A model generated the notes under the pieces. That model made no database searches and was not told the origin of the DNA. It saw only the letters and a program-made list of their open reading frames with translations. Below are positions 36,430-51,330 of a DNA stretch of 57,229 nucleotides, piece by piece. The position numbers and the translations under genes were made by a program. Positions within the stretch are counted from its first letter, which is position 1; each line of letters opens with the position of its first letter. The DNA is from Welwitschia mirabilis (lineage: Eukaryota): contig JBOZIK010000001.1 of NCBI GenBank assembly GCA_051453625.1, forward strand, positions 20,367,356 through 20,424,584, given 5' to 3'.

Positions 36430-39400
36430 TTACAAAAACTATAGAGCAAGAAAAAGAAAAAAAGAGAGATATATTTTAAATAATAAATATTTTGTTTTTT
36501 TCCTCATTATTTTAAATGATAGAGCTTGCTTTTATAAGTAATTATACCTAACTAGATTTTCACTAGGGTTTTTATTTTCCTTTAGTACCACGGTGTCACT
36601 ACTTAGTGGCGTAGCAATTCCCTTCTCAATATGGAAATATGTTCTCTTCTAAGCGAATCAAAGTGCTTAGAGGAAAAACTTAAGAATGTCGCCTACCATA
36701 AAACCTCTTAAAAGGCAATTCCCACATGATGGAACTACTTCATAGAGAAATAGTTAGATTTTTCTACATATCCCCTAGTAATAAGATTTATGTATTACAC
36801 ATCTCATAATGCTAGAGAAAATTGTACTACACATCTCATACTACTAGGCAAAGTTTTACTATAAATCCCATAGTACTAGAATCAAGAAAGACTTTTCTCA
36901 ATGACTTTGAAAGTTAGATAANNNNNNNNNNNNNNNNNNNNNNNNNNNNNNNNNNNNNNNNNNNNNNNNNNNNNNNNNNNNNNNNNNNNNNNNNNNNNNN
37001 NNNNNNNNNNNNNNNNNNNNNAAAGTTAGATAAAGAACAATATCTATAGCATGATAAGTTACATTAGCTCATAGTCAATCCTATCTTGAATTGAAAGTAT
37101 TAAAACTTTTTTCGACCAAGTGGTTTAATTAGAATATTAGTTGCTTTTTCTACTATCAAATAATATACTATTATAATCACTTCTTGATGTATGAGTTTCC
37201 TTATTTTATAGCTCCCAACATAAAAATTTTTGATCCTATCAGGATGCACTAGGTATTTTGCGATGTAAATGGTAGATTGACTATCGATGAAGAGCTCAGT
37301 TACTTTTGATTGCTTGAAGTTTACTACCCCTAGAAGTTGTCTTATCCATTCAATTTCTCTACATGATTTGGACCCAACTATGTAGTCTACTTCTACAGAG
37401 GATCTAATTATTACTCTTTAACACCTAGATCACCAAGACAAAGGTGGTGCTCTTAAAAATATGACGTATCTTGATGTTGATAAAGATGTTTTCGAGTCTT
37501 TAGCAAAATTTGAGTCAGAGCATGCCTTTAAGACAAAATGAGAGTTTCTCTTATATATAGGACCTAAGTCTTTTATCTTTTTCAAATATTTCTGTACTCT
37601 CATAGTAATGTTCAAATGGCTAATGTTTAGTTCATGAAAAGATCTAGATAAGACACCAACCACATATGAGATATTAGGTCTAGTGTTGGTAACATAAATG
37701 AGACTACCAATTATTCTTCTATATTTGATTTTGTTTGATAATTCTAAGTGCTCACAATCCTAATTTTTACATTTCATGCTAAAGGTGTAATAGCTTCTTT
37801 GGCATTTTCTAGTTTAGATTTCTAAATAAAGTCTCCAATTTACTTTCTTTGACTCAAAAATATTTCACTCTTTATTTGCTCAATCTTTATGTCAAGATAG
37901 AATCTAGAAAATTCTAGATTAACATTTTTAAATGTCTTACTTAAAGTAATGTTTGTATGGTTTACATCCACTTCATTACTACCATTTAGCAACATCTCAT
38001 CTACATAAACCACTATATCTGTAGACTTGTCTCCACCAGATTTTATGAACAATGTGTCATCTACATCCTGATAGTTACATAATCTAAATTCAATGGTGCT
38101 CAAGTAATTAGTTAGTTTTGAATACCATGATTCTGGAGCTTTTTTTAGCCCATGCAATGACTTAATTAATCTACATACTTTTTGTTCCTTCCTTTCACAT
38201 CGCATCATATATATTTCTTATTTAAGGTCTCCATTGAGAAAGGCATTAGTTATGCATAATTGGTGCATTTTTCACCCCTTTAGAGTTGTTAAGGAAATCA
38301 TAGTTTTGATGGTAGTCCATTTAGTTGGTGCAAAGAATTCATTTTAGTCTTATTTTTTTCATTGAGGTAGGCCCATAGTAATAAGTCGATATTTGTATTG
38401 TTCAAGGATTTTATTTACTTATTGCAAAATAAAACATCAACCAATTTGCATGTACAATTTTCTAGAAGTGTATTATATTATTCTTTCATAGTTTGGACCC
38501 AGTGATCATGTAGAATGGCATATTCAAAAGCGATTGATTTACCATCAAAAGTTAGATGGAGTTCATCATTGTCATCAAGATATGCTTGAGAGCTTTGCCT
38601 AGTTCTAATTTTTTACTTTTCATCATTATGAATATCTTATAAAGTAGACTTTAACTAAGCACTTTATTTTTGTCTACGAGAGAGATCAACATTCTTACTA
38701 GGATAATCCAATGCGTTACTACTAAAACCATGTTCATAAGTTCTAGGAACATGAAAATGCTCAATTCTTCTAGGTTATATTATGAATAAATCATTTTATC
38801 TAGAAGAAACTTATAAATTGAGGCTAATAGAGACATATGTCCTTTTAACTATAAACATTAATCATCCAAAACTTATATAGGATGAGAAGAAGAATACAAC
38901 TTACAAAGATTAAACTAAGATTATCCTATGAAGTTTCAAAAAAGATGAAATCATGAAATACAATGATTTTATAATGCTTAGGAATGTACATGTGAGATTC
39001 TTTTGAACTTGTTGGATACTTCACACATATGCCAGCACGAGCATATGCACCAAACTTATTATGATGTTCAATAGAAATATGGACATAGAACTTACATCCA
39101 AAAAAACAAAGATGGGTCAAAGTAGAATTATACCCATTACATAGTAGGGAATACACGTTATTTAGAAGAACAACTAATATGTTATTGAGACAAACTACAG
39201 TACTAACTGCTTTACCTCACAAATAGGTTTTGCAACTATTAAAGTACATCATTAAATGTGCCACATCCATTATGGCCCGATTGAATCATTTAGTCATGTC
39301 GTTTTGTTGAGACATTCTTGGGCATGTTTTTAGATGATGAATGTCTCTTGAAGCAAGAAAATCCTTGAATTTAGCTGATGGATATTTACCACCATTTTCA

Positions 39401-40001
39401 GAATGGAAACACTTAATCTTATTACTAGTTTTCCTTTTCACTTTTGCTTTGAAAATCTTGAAAATATTTAAAGCAAGAGATTTTGATCTCATAAAATAAA
39501 CCCAATCCAAGTGAAAAAAAATTATCTATGAATGATCTAAAGTAGAGATATCCCTAGGTAAAGATTGGCATAGGACAATATAGATTATTAAGAATGTGTA
39601 TAAGCTTTCAATTAGCATGCCACTTGTTGGGGAAAAAGAATTGTGATTTTGCTTTACCCTTCACACATGCTTCACATTAAGGAAAATCACATGGAATAGA
39701 TGGTAGAAGCTAATGTTTATTCTCACACATTACAATCAAAGAACAAGAATTGGGATGACTCAAGCAATCATGTCATAGAAGCAATGGGGAAACGTCTTTT
39801 TATGAGATATAACATGTAATTTCATGTATACCACTACAGCTTAGAAGATGCATCATTTTTAAATCCATGTAGCCTTTCATGATAAGGTTGTAAAAAGCAT
39901 AAAAAATGTGGATGGAATCCTTTTTTATGAATATTAAATGATTATCTCTGACTAAGTGGAAAAGGAAAAAAAAGATGTAACCTTAAAGAGAAGGGACGTA
40001 T
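36430..40001 (-). mobile_element. Decayed Ty1/Copia element (integrase-RT-RNase H, PPT, 3' LTR), cut at 40001 by a Gypsy insertion
   Basis: WVYFMRSKS...IKCFHSENGGKY...CPRMSQQN; LCFFGCKFYVH; LIKSLHGLKKAPESWY...VVYVDEML; CSDSNFA; NILIKPLGR. PPT AGGGGA then TA-TGTAG, with the LTR starting at 36768. The LTR's far end is uncertain. Confidence 0.88.
36793..36885. repeat. ~32-bp tandem repeat x3 in the Copia 3' UTR
   Basis: tattacacatctcataatgctag / tactacacatctcatactactag / tactataaatcccatagtactag. Confidence 0.7.
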
Positions 40002-43000
40002 TGTAACACACTCACTTTAATTACCCTAATTAAGCATAATTTTTTTTACATTATTAACTAAAATGCAAAATGGAACCGAGGATCAATTCCTGTTTAGATC
40101 CTATTAAAATATTGTAAGATTTAAAATAATTAAATAACATCGTTATTGCTTAATTATAGACCCTTTTGGTTTGCATACAATAACGATGCCAAAGTTTTGT
40201 CCTATAGTTATTTCTAAATTTTGTTTTCGTCAGACAAAGATATTTTGTATAAAGTTGATGTGATAGAATATTAACTTGTTTTATCACATGCACAGATAAG
40301 CTTTAGGATAGTGTCTATCCAATACAATAAAAGGTTGCATTTCCCATTAATGGCATTCCAACTTGATATATGGCCAATCTCCAGACGTGAGTTGGCTCTA
40401 TGTTAGGTTCTAGACTATACAAATATGGCTAGGCTCAACTTCGTAGGCTTAGACCTTACCTTGATATATCTCAAATATACGTGACAGGTGGTACATGAGA
40501 TGGATGCATGCTTACAAATGACACTCGCTTCCTTGAAGCATCTGATGTAACATAATCCTTTGATACCAAAGGCTTGAGATACTAAGTCATAACAAGTTCA
40601 TACATGGGTAACGCAGGAGAGTGGTGATTAAATTCACTTCTAGAGAGCTTTATAAATAAAAGTACAATGCAACCCACCTTGGTGATGAAATCTGAGTATG
40701 GAAATGAACAATTATTGAGGTTATGTTGATTTAGTTGAATGAATACACTATATATATATATATATATATATAAACATATAATTACGTGGATATTTAGTGG
40801 AATCTTTACCTAGTAGAAATAATTCTAATCATCATTAGATTTATTTTATAAAAACAATCACACAGAAGAAAAATAAAGTATATAAGCATCATTTTGATTT
40901 TATATAAAAGAAAAATGTTAAATTCGTAAAGCATAATAGTGAATATAAATGAAATAAAACATTCCTTTTTTTCCCCATATTATAATAATTCTTTTCAAAC
41001 TAAGGCACATTAATATATACAAGTTCTATTATAGAAATATGTTCCATTTATGGAATTGAACCAATTTCTAAACCTCCTTTATAACTTCTAAGTATGTATA
41101 TCAAAATAAAGTTAAGTAAGATATATATAATTTATCAAAATAAAACATTAATAAAGTTGGGAGATTAGGCTACACATCTCTAGAATTATTAAGTAGACAA
41201 ACCTAATGTTTATGTCTGAGATGTAAGAATGAGGGCCTAAATATTAATAAATAATATATAAAAATGATAAAATAACAAATTTAAGTTAACTAGAAATCAT
41301 ATATAGTATTTAAAATAATTGAATACTTACATTAACTAATTTTTCATAATTATTAAAAGTATTTACAAATTTTCTTAGCTTTTAAAAGGCATTAAAACTA
41401 AAAATTTCTAATTAATTATTTAAAAATGTAAAAATAAATTATACTTTCTTTCTTTAAGCTAGAGTCGTCATATTATCCTTAAAAATTAAGATTATTAAAT
41501 TTAAATTAGTATAGAAACATTTTATAGGGATAAATATGACTATAAAACTGCTCAAATTTTGGAGTTACCAAAATAATACATTATACTAAAATGGTTATAA
41601 CATTTAATCTACTTGGAATTGTTAAATGAATAGATACTTTTTGAAAATCGTATTGAATTCTCTACAACTTGGATAACTTTATTTTTACCCAAAATGACTT
41701 GTTAATTTTAAGCATGAAGACTTTTTGCTTACTATTTTCTGCTTGTAAATTTTGAGTTATTTTCATAAAATAAATTTTAAAAATTATTCTACTAGCAGAA
41801 AAATTACTATTTTAAAATTTTAAATTTCTAACATGATTCTAAAATTACATAAAAATGTTATAAAGATTCATTTAGTATTAATTAAGTTATAGCTTTCTTA
41901 AGTTAGGCTTCACTTTTGGGAAAAAGAAAACTTTAACTACACTAAAGACACGAGAACTCTTACTTATCAAAATTAATAACTTCACTAAAAATTTATAATA
42001 AAATTATTATAAAAATTGTGTAATAATAAGTTATAAATAATATAAGCTTAACTTACAACAATAATAAATGCAACAAAATCAAGAGCCTTAGAATCTTTCA
42101 AGAAGGAGTGCTTAGCCTAAATGGATTTTAAGGATCAGATTTATTCACCCCAACAAGAACTCTAACATTAATTAGATGCAAAAGAATCTAAAATGCATTT
42201 CAAAAATAATATAATTAAAAAAAAGGGTACTTAAAATTATAGTGAATCCTTGATCAATTATCCAAAATATCCATCATTAACCTCCTCAACTAAGCCTGTA
42301 AAGAGATCCTTCAAATCCCTTTTTTATCTTAGTCTTAGTCAATAGGAGGAAAATGTTCATTGGTAATCCTATCAAATAAGCATGTAAAGAGATTCCTCAA
42401 ATCTCTTCCTTATTTTAGTATCAGTCGATGGGAGGGATAACATTAATGCCACATTAATACTATAAGCATATGCATAGGCCTAATGTAAAGATACTAGTAT
42501 GGAGCTAAAATTCTTATAAAAGAAGAACTTACTATGATGGAAAAATATTGATTATATTTAGAGAAGTTTTAATGGAGTGTTAAGCTCTAAGATTCTAGAT
42601 CCAAGCTTCAAGCTTTAAGCTCCAAGCTGCGACTCCACACTCAAGAGGATGAAAGATTGAGAAGAAATTTAAATAACATAAACGTGCTTGAAGAATATTA
42701 GCTTGAGAAGAAAGAAGAGGGCTATATTTATAAATAAACAATGTACCAATGTTCTTAATATCATTGTTCTAAGACACCCACATCATTCTACCCATAAGGT
42801 AAATAAATCTCTTTTACTTGATGAGCTTGATTAATGATAAGTTGGATGCACTTGTATAAAAGTATTATGGACATATGAATGACAAGTGATAAGATTAATC
42901 AATGACAAGTTGTATGAACTTGTATGAAAGTAATACTGACATATAAATGATAAGATTCATTAATGAAAAGTCATAAGAGCTTGTGTAAGAAATGAAAGTA

Positions 43001-44008
43001 ACCTATGAATGACAAAAGGAATTTTATTTATGACACGTGCACCTAATTGAGGTGAGTAATATTCTTGTTTTAATCAGCAAGATTATTTACATGCATTATT
43101 TTCTTATGCTAGTTCCTTTTTAATTCTTCATAGGCTCATATTAAATCCAAAATATATTTTAAACAATGTATAAAATGCATTAGAAGAAAAAATGCACCAA
43201 TTTCAAATCTGCAATGTGATACAATAAGAAAAATAATATTTTATGCATAAAGTACTTTGACAAATATTAATAATGATAAAAGTCATAGTAGAATAAATTG
43301 TACTCATTTATCTTTTTTAGGTTTATAGATAAGAGTGCATGTCCTTATTTACATGTTCATACTTTTCAGGATCATCACATTAACAACATAAATCACAAAA
43401 AAGAATTGTGAAAATGGAATGTAAGAAAAATGTCATAATTGAATGTAAGAAAAATTTTATAATTAAATGTAATAAATTGTCATATTTTAACATAGTACTC
43501 TTACATTCTGCTTACTTATTATTTTTTCACTTTTACCAAGTAATTTTAGTTTTTTTCCTTTACTTTTAGACTTTAATAAGACACATGGATAAATAATTGA
43601 AATAAAGATATTATATGCCATTTTTGTAGACATGTGATTATTATTTTATACCTTTACATGAATTTTATAATTTAACTATTTAATCATGTAAATAACATAT
43701 CTTATCATAAATAGATTTACTTAGTATTAGTAGTTGGATATTCTTAGTTTATTAATTTCTCTTCCTATTAAATTCTTATGATCATGATTATTTTAAAAAT
43801 GAAATTATTGAAAACTAAGATTAATTAATTAACTAACTTTATGAGTATATATAATTCAAATTATATATTTTTGACATAAGAAATATAACACATTATTAAT
43901 TGTAAAGCTACATTGATTCTTATATGTTTTAAAAAGAAGGATTTTCATTTGATATAAAAATGTATATTATGTTTACTAATTAAAGATTACAAAATATAGG
44001 GTATAACA
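40002..44008 (-). repeat. ~4-kb 3' LTR of a Tekay/Del chromovirus (may contain nested sequence at ~42000-43310)
   Basis: tgtaacac...agggtataaca ends, with the PPT (reverse complement AAGTAGGGGAGTA) at 44009-44022. 40002-40168 matches 57066-57229. Confidence 0.8.
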
Positions 44009-44079
44009 TACTCCCCTACTTAATAAGGATTCACTCCTGGGATTCAAAGTACATAATGATTTGAAAGTCTAAGATTACA

Positions 44080-47000
44080 TATTATAAGATTTAAAAAGGC
44101 TTGGCTAGTAATTTTTCATTGATTCTTCTAGCTCCTAAGTAGCTTCATTAGGACTATAATTACTCCATTTTATCTTTACTTGGTGGATCTCCTTGTTCTG
44201 TAAACTGATAGTTCGTTGGTCCAACACTGCTTCCGGCTCCTCTATAGTCGAACAATCGGGTTCCACCTGAATATGANNNNNNNNNNNNNNNNNNNNNNNN
44301 NNNNNNNNNNNNNNNNNNNNNNNNNNNNNNNNNNNNNNNNNNNNNNNNNNNNNNNNNNNNNNNNNNNNNNNNNNNNNNNNNNNNNNNNNNNNNNNNNNNN
44401 NNNNNNNNNNNNNNNNNNNNNNNNNNNNNNNNNNNNNNNNNNNNNNNNNNNNNNNNNNNNNNNNNNNNNNNNNNNNNNNNNNNNNNNNNNNNNNNNNNNN
44501 NNNNNNNNNNNNNNNNNNNNNNNNNNNNNNNNNNNNNNNNNNNNNNNNNNNNNNNNNNNNNNNNNNNNNNNNNNNNNNNNNNNNNNNNNNNNNNNNNNNN
44601 NNNNNNNNNNNNNNNATTAGGACTATAATTACTCCATTATATCTTTATTTGATATATCTTATTATTCTGCAAAGTGATAGTTCGTTGGTCCAACATTGCT
44701 TCCAACTCCTCTAGAGTTGAATAATTAGGTTTTTACCTGAATATGAGACCAATTGAACACATGAAAAGAATTTACAATATACCTTTTTAGCATATTCACA
44801 TGAAGAACATTATGCATGTGCAACAATTGGGAAGGTAGAATGCGTTTGTATGTAATATGTCCAATACATTCTAGTATTTGAATTAAACTAATAAATCTAA
44901 GGGCTAATTTTGATCTCTTAACTCCTTATATAACTAATTTTAATGGTCACACCTTTAAAAAGACATGATCACCTACTTGGAATTTAAAGTCTCTTCTTCA
45001 ATAATCTACATACATCTTTTATCTATTTGCTACTTTCTTTAGTTTATTCTTAATCGCTCTTATCTTATTTTCCATTTCTTATAGCATTTTTTATTTTATA
45101 GTTAATATTTCCTCAAGTTTTATCCATGTAGTGGATGCTCTGCATTTTCTACAATATAGAGATTTAAATGGAGTCATTTGAATAGAAATTTTATAACTAT
45201 TATTATATGCAAACTTTACTAATGGTAGGTATTCTTTTCCACTCTTAAGCTCATCAAATACACATACCCTAAGAAGGTCTTCTAGGATTTGATTGATTTT
45301 TTTGCCTGATTATCTATTTAAGGATGAAATGTAGAGCTTAGATCCTAAACCCAATTTTAATTCTTGCCAAAATATAAAGGTAAATTTTGAATATCTGTTA
45401 GAAATAATTATTAAGGGTACATCATGCAAAAGAATAATATTCTAGATGTAAACTTTTCCTATATCCTTAGCACCATAAGTAGTCTTTACTAGAATGTGTG
45501 CTGACTTAGTTGCTGTATCAATTATATTCATGATTAAGTCATTACCTCTTGAGGTTCTGGGAAGCCTCAATATAAAATCCGTGGAAATAAAATCCCATTT
45601 ATATTATGGAACATTATGAGGATAGAGTAGTCCTACTGGATTCCTATATTCTGCCTTACTTTATTAATAATTTAGACACTTTAATTTAAATTTTACTATA
45701 ACTTTTTTCATCCCTAGCCATTAAAATTTTTGCTTTATGTCTTGATATATTTTTATTCGTCTAGGTTGACCCGATATCGGAGAAATACGAAATTCAAAAA
45801 TTAGCTTTTATCTAATCTCATATATAGTAATTAAGAATCTTCCCTTGAATTTAATAATACCTTTTAAATCAATACTAAAGTCTCTTGAATTTGTTGATTT
45901 TTCTAATTGATCCTTTAATAATTTTCATCTTTATTTTGACCCTCTATACTAAGAGCAGGTCTGTGACTTTGAATTTTGATAATTGCTTTAAGATAGTTAC
46001 ATTTACTAGGATCCCATACAACTTTATTTCCTTTGCCCTCATTGTATAAAATTTTAAGATCAAAATCATACAAAAGTTTTGTCCGTCTTCTTTGCTTAAG
46101 GTTAAGTTTGGTTGAGTGAAAATGTATCTTAAACTTTTATAAGCAGTTCAAATTTNNNNNNNNNNNNNNNNNNNNNNNNNNNNNNNNNNNNNNNNNNNNN
46201 NNNNNNNNNNNNNNNNNNNNNNNNNNNNNNNNNNNNNNNNNNNNNNNNNNNNNNNNNNNNNNNNNNNNNNNNNNNNNNNNNNNNNNNNNNNNNNNNNNNN
46301 NNNNNNNNNNNNNNNNNNNNNNNNNNNNNNNNNNNNNNNNNNNNNNNNNNNNNNNNNNNNNNNNNNNNNNNNNNNNNNNNNNNNNNNNNNNNNNNNNNNN
46401 NNNNNNNNNNNNNNNNNNNNNNNNNNNNNNNNNNNNNNNNNNNNNNNNNNNNNNNNNNNNNNNNNNNNNNNNNNNNNNNNNNNNNNNNNNNNNNNNNNNN
46501 NNNNNNNNNNNNNNNNNNNNNNNNNNNNNNNNNNNNNNNNNNNNNNNNNNNNNNNTCAAAATAATACAAAAGTTTTGTACGTCTTATTTGCTTAAGGTTA
46601 AGTTTGGTTGAGTGAAAATGTATCTTAAACTTTTATAAGCAGTTCAAATTTAAAATTTGACACTATAGAGATAATGCTTTCATAAATTTAAAGTAAATAT
46701 TACTATAACTAATTCAAGATTATGAATAGGGTGGTTTCTCTCATGTCGCTTAAGTTACCTTAATCCATATACTATTACTCTTTTGTCTTATTTAAAAATA
46801 ACTTCAAAACCTTTTCCTGATGCATCAGTGTAAACTAACAAGGTCTTAGAATTATATGGCATTACTAAACACTCTTTAGAATAATCAAAAGACTATTGAC
46901 ATTTTTCTATCCACTAAAAATCTTTATTTTTCTTAAAATGCTTGAAGATGAATTGACGATAGTACCCAATAAGACCAAGGAATCTTCTAACTTTAATAAT

Positions 47001-49430
47001 AGTTGTAGGTGTTGTCCATTTCATAATTGTCTTTAACTTTATCTGGATCGACTGAAATACCCTTCATAGATACTACATAATCCACGAACTGAATGGATTC
47101 CTTCTAGAAAGAATTTTTTTCGATGTTAGCATACAGTCGATGAGTTCTTAAGTCCATAAGACTATTGTTAAGTGCTTCTCATATTCCTTATAAGATTTAT
47201 AATAAATAAGAGTTTTATCAATAAACACAATTACAAAGAAATCAAGATATGTCTAGAAAATGTGATTCATAAGACTCATAAATACTGTAGGCATATTAGT
47301 TAAAGCAAAAGGCATAAGTCTTTTTTAATTTGACTTGATGATACCCAGATTTTAAATCAACTTTAGAAAATACTTTAATTTCCTTCAATTGGTTAAAGGA
47401 AGCTAAGTGTTCTAACTTTATTAATGGATACTTGTTAATGGATCCTTGTTCTTAATTGTAACTTTATTGAACTATCTGTAATCAATGCATAACCTAATTG
47501 TTCCAACCCTTTTCTTTTATAAATAACACTCGTGCTGCTCATGGTAATACATTAGAATGAATAAAACTTTTTTATAGAAGTTCTTCAAGCTGAATTTTTA
47601 ATTCTTTCATTTCTGTAGGAGACGTTCTATATAATGCCTTGGAAATAGATTGCATTCCTAGGATCAGATCAATAGTAAACTAAACTTCTTGAATAGATGA
47701 CATTCTTGGTAATTTTGTTATAAATACATTAAGATGATCTTAAATTATTGGTATACTCCTCACTAAAGTTTCTCCTTCATTTATGTTAGCTAATTTGAGA
47801 CAAAGCATATAAATTAATGATCCCTTCTTAATTTTCCTCCTTATGTGCTTGGATTTAATTAAGTTACCCATATCTAATTTGGATTGACCTTGAAAGATTA
47901 TTCTTTGATTACGATTTTGTTATCTCTATTTGACGCTTCTTACAATTTATATCTACCTTATTCTACATTAACCAATTCATTCCCAAAGCAATATCATATT
48001 TTTGTAGGTTGATAATAATTGGTTGAATCTAGAAATCTCTTATAGATAAAGTACAATTTTATACCTATTGATTAACCTTACTTATAGATCCATTTACAAG
48101 CTCTATGCATTCCTCGATTAGAGTATAATATAAATTTTCTCTTAGAATAAATTTAGGGGATATAAATCAATGAGTTGCTCCATAATCAAATAAAATAATT
48201 ATTTTTATATTATTAAGTAAAGCTTTACCTTCTATAAGTAAGATCTAAAATTTCACCCCTTAATTACCTATTGCTACTCGAAGTCATCCAATTAATTATT
48301 GAATGGTGTGAGATCCTTGAAGATTTTTTGCTTATTATCTAGGCTAGCTCTTAGTGAGTAATGGACATTCTTTAATCTTCTAGTTTCCTTTATAATTAAA
48401 GCATTAAAATCCATTATTAGATTTATCTTGATAATTATTTTGACAAGGATTCTACTTAAAATTAGATTTTTGTGATTGATTTCTCACATGACTCTGACTA
48501 TGAATATTCTGATTCGTTTTGAATGGTGCATGTTTATTTTTATGAAATTTTTATTTCTGCTATTGTTATTACTAACATTATTCATATTGAAATTCTAATT
48601 CTTATTGTAATGATTCACTTGTGATTAATTTCCTTTAAAGCTAAAACCCTTAGGAGGAATTAATTTCTTTTTTTCTTATTGTCTTTACCAATTTTGTTCT
48701 ACCACTTTTGCTTTCTCTATAGCCTCAGCTAAATTTCTAAATTAAAACATAGATATTTTAGTAGCAACAGAATGAAGAAGAATATTAATAAAGATATTTT
48801 ATTTGGCTTCTTCATCAAGATGCATATGAGACATATATCTTAATAATTTTACAAATTTAAATTCATGAGAAGCTATGGTCATATTATGAGCTTGCCTTAG
48901 ATTGTGGAATTTAGTAACCTTTTAGTGAATGTAAAACTTAGTGATATACATGTGCTTAAACTCTTCCCATGAATATTACACCTCACCTAACTTTGCCATT
49001 TCTATTTTCCATTATAAATTAGCTTCTCCTTGTAACATGTAGATACCTAAAGAATCCTTTTCATATTCCTCACATCCTAAGGTACTTATAAAATTTCAAT
49101 ATCACTTAGTCATGCCTTTGTTTTTTATGGATGTAAACCTCCTATAAACTTTGGTATATTTAACTTAATAAATGTTTGAATTGACTTTTGCATATCCACG
49201 TCCTTATTAGGTTGATTAGTACTATTATTCATTTGTGGTTTTTGACCTTGATTTACTGTTTATAATAGAAATTATATGAATGCACTCATTAATGTCTCTG
49301 GTTTAAGAGTGATGAAAGGTTGATTTTCATCATTACGCTATCGATTAATCCTTGAGATTTGTTGATGTTAATTAGTTGGTGCACTTGACTTGACCTCAAG
49401 ACTGGGTTGATGATAGTGAGCCATTAGGAA
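44080..49430 (-). mobile_element. Tekay-type Gypsy gag-pol with chromodomain, pseudogenised
   Basis: Protease LFDYGATH*FIS; RT MPFALTNMPTVFMSLMN...YLDFFVIVFID; RNase H LVYTDASGKG; integrase KWDFISTDFILRLPRT; chromodomain KIKWSNYSPNEAT*ELEESMK. Confidence 0.93.
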
Positions 49431-50810
49431 GGAGTGAAAAATATTATTAGATTTGGTTAACAATAAGATTAATATTATATTAAGAGTTGAAGTTCATATG
49501 TTCTTAATAAAGATTGTGTTATAATCACTAGATAATTAATTTAAACTAAATTATCAAATTAATTTATCTTCCTTACTCACAAAGGGATTTGTTCTATTAG
49601 GCTAATAAGTTACCAATAGCGGTTAGAAATCATGGGGAAAATTATATAATTGATTATAACTTAGTTGAGGATTTTGATCATTTTTAAGGGTATATATGCT
49701 TATGATATATTTAATTATGTTTTGTTTAAAATGATCAAGCTCTATAGGATATCATATGAGAATATGAGTTTCATAAGTAAAGATCATTATCCCTATTTAT
49801 AAGGTAATAAAGTTTTTAAAGACATGCTTAAGTACTAATTATCTAATTAAGATTGCTTAGGAATTAGAGTTAGCATGAATATAATTAACTTAATGCTTAT
49901 TTATAGATTACCATGGGTACAATAAACTTTATGATTAATTAATCATTATGATTTTCATAACTATAATTATTTAGTAACTAAGATTATCATGAGCATAATT
50001 AACTACATAGTTATTAGCATTAGCATGGATGTAATTTACTTAATCATTTATGGATTAGGACCATCATGGTTTTAATTAAATTCATGATTATTTAAGGATT
50101 AGGGTTACTAAAATTATGATTAATTTCATTTTTGCTTAGGAAATGGGAATTATCTTAGACATAAGTAACTTCAAGATAATTCACAAAATAGGATTGTAAT
50201 AGGTATAATTAACTTCATGATTATTTGGTAATTAAGGTAACNNNNNNNNNNNNNNNNNNNNNNNNNNNNNNNNNNNNNNNNNNNNNNNNNNNNNNNNNNN
50301 NNNNNNNNNNNNNNNNNNNNNNNNNNNNNNNNNNNNNNNNNNNNNNNNNNNNNNNNNNNNNNNNNNNNNNNNNNNNNNNNNNNNNNNNNNNNNNNNNNNN
50401 NNNNNNNNNNNNNNNNNNNNNNNNNNNNNNNNNNNNNNNNNNNNNNNNNNNNNNNNNNNNNNNNNNNNNNNNNNNNNNNNNNNNNNNNNNNNNNNNNNNN
50501 NNNNNNNNNNNNNNNNNNNNNNNNNNNNNNNNNNNNNNNGTAACTTCAAGATAATTCACAAAATAGGATTGTAATAGGTATAATTAACTTCATGATTATT
50601 TGGTAATTAAGGTAACTATAAATATAACTAATTTTATAATTATTTATGACTTGGGATACTTAAAAGTATAATTAATTTCATGATTACTTTACAAATTAGG
50701 ATTATCATAAATATAATTAATTCTTTAGTTAATTAGCAAGTAAGTTTATAATGAATATAATTAAATCTAGTTTCAAGTAATTAACATAAACATGATTTGA
50801 GTTAATGTAG

Positions 50811-50822
50811 GCTCTGATATTA
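50811..50822 (-). promoter_or_regulatory. tRNA-iMet primer-binding site of the Tekay element
   Basis: gctctgatatta versus canonical gctctgatacca. Confidence 0.75.
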
Positions 50823-51165
50823 TTACATAACACGATTACTTTTTTTTTTTTCTTTTTGAAAAAGAAACCGAGCATTATATTAAAAAAGTAGTAGTTACAG
50901 GGAGGGGCAAAAGAACCCTATGCTAAGGTTTATAAGTAAACCTAGTTACACCAAAAATCTGCCTTTAAAAATTCACACGAATACACTAAAAACGAGACAT
51001 GAGATGTTTATTGTAAAAACAGGGGGAAAAACCCCATAGCTCTTAGTACTAAAATAGAACATAGCATAACTATAGAAGAGCTAATTTGAACTATAAGAAA
51101 ATAGCTGGTTAATATCCCATGTAGCTGGAGAATAAGTGGCTATGCTTGTGCTAGACCAAGAATCA

Positions 51166-51330
51166 TTATAATTCATCTATCAGAGGCTTAAATGCCTGAT
51201 TTACCTCTTTAAAGTGCTTTACTCCTTCTTAGTTCTTATCAGGATGAATTCTTAAGGCCTTCTTCCAAAAACTCGATTTAATAACATTCAACAGAGATCT
51301 ATGGAAGATGCTGAGGATCAAGAAGGCGCA
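51166..51330 (-). pseudogene. DnaJ/Hsp40 J-domain at the C-terminus of the LINE ORF2 frame
   Basis: Manual translation: CAFLILSIFHRSLLNVIKSSFWKKALRIHPDKN*EGVKHFKEVNQAFKPLIDEL*. HPD at 51246-51238. Confidence 0.88.
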
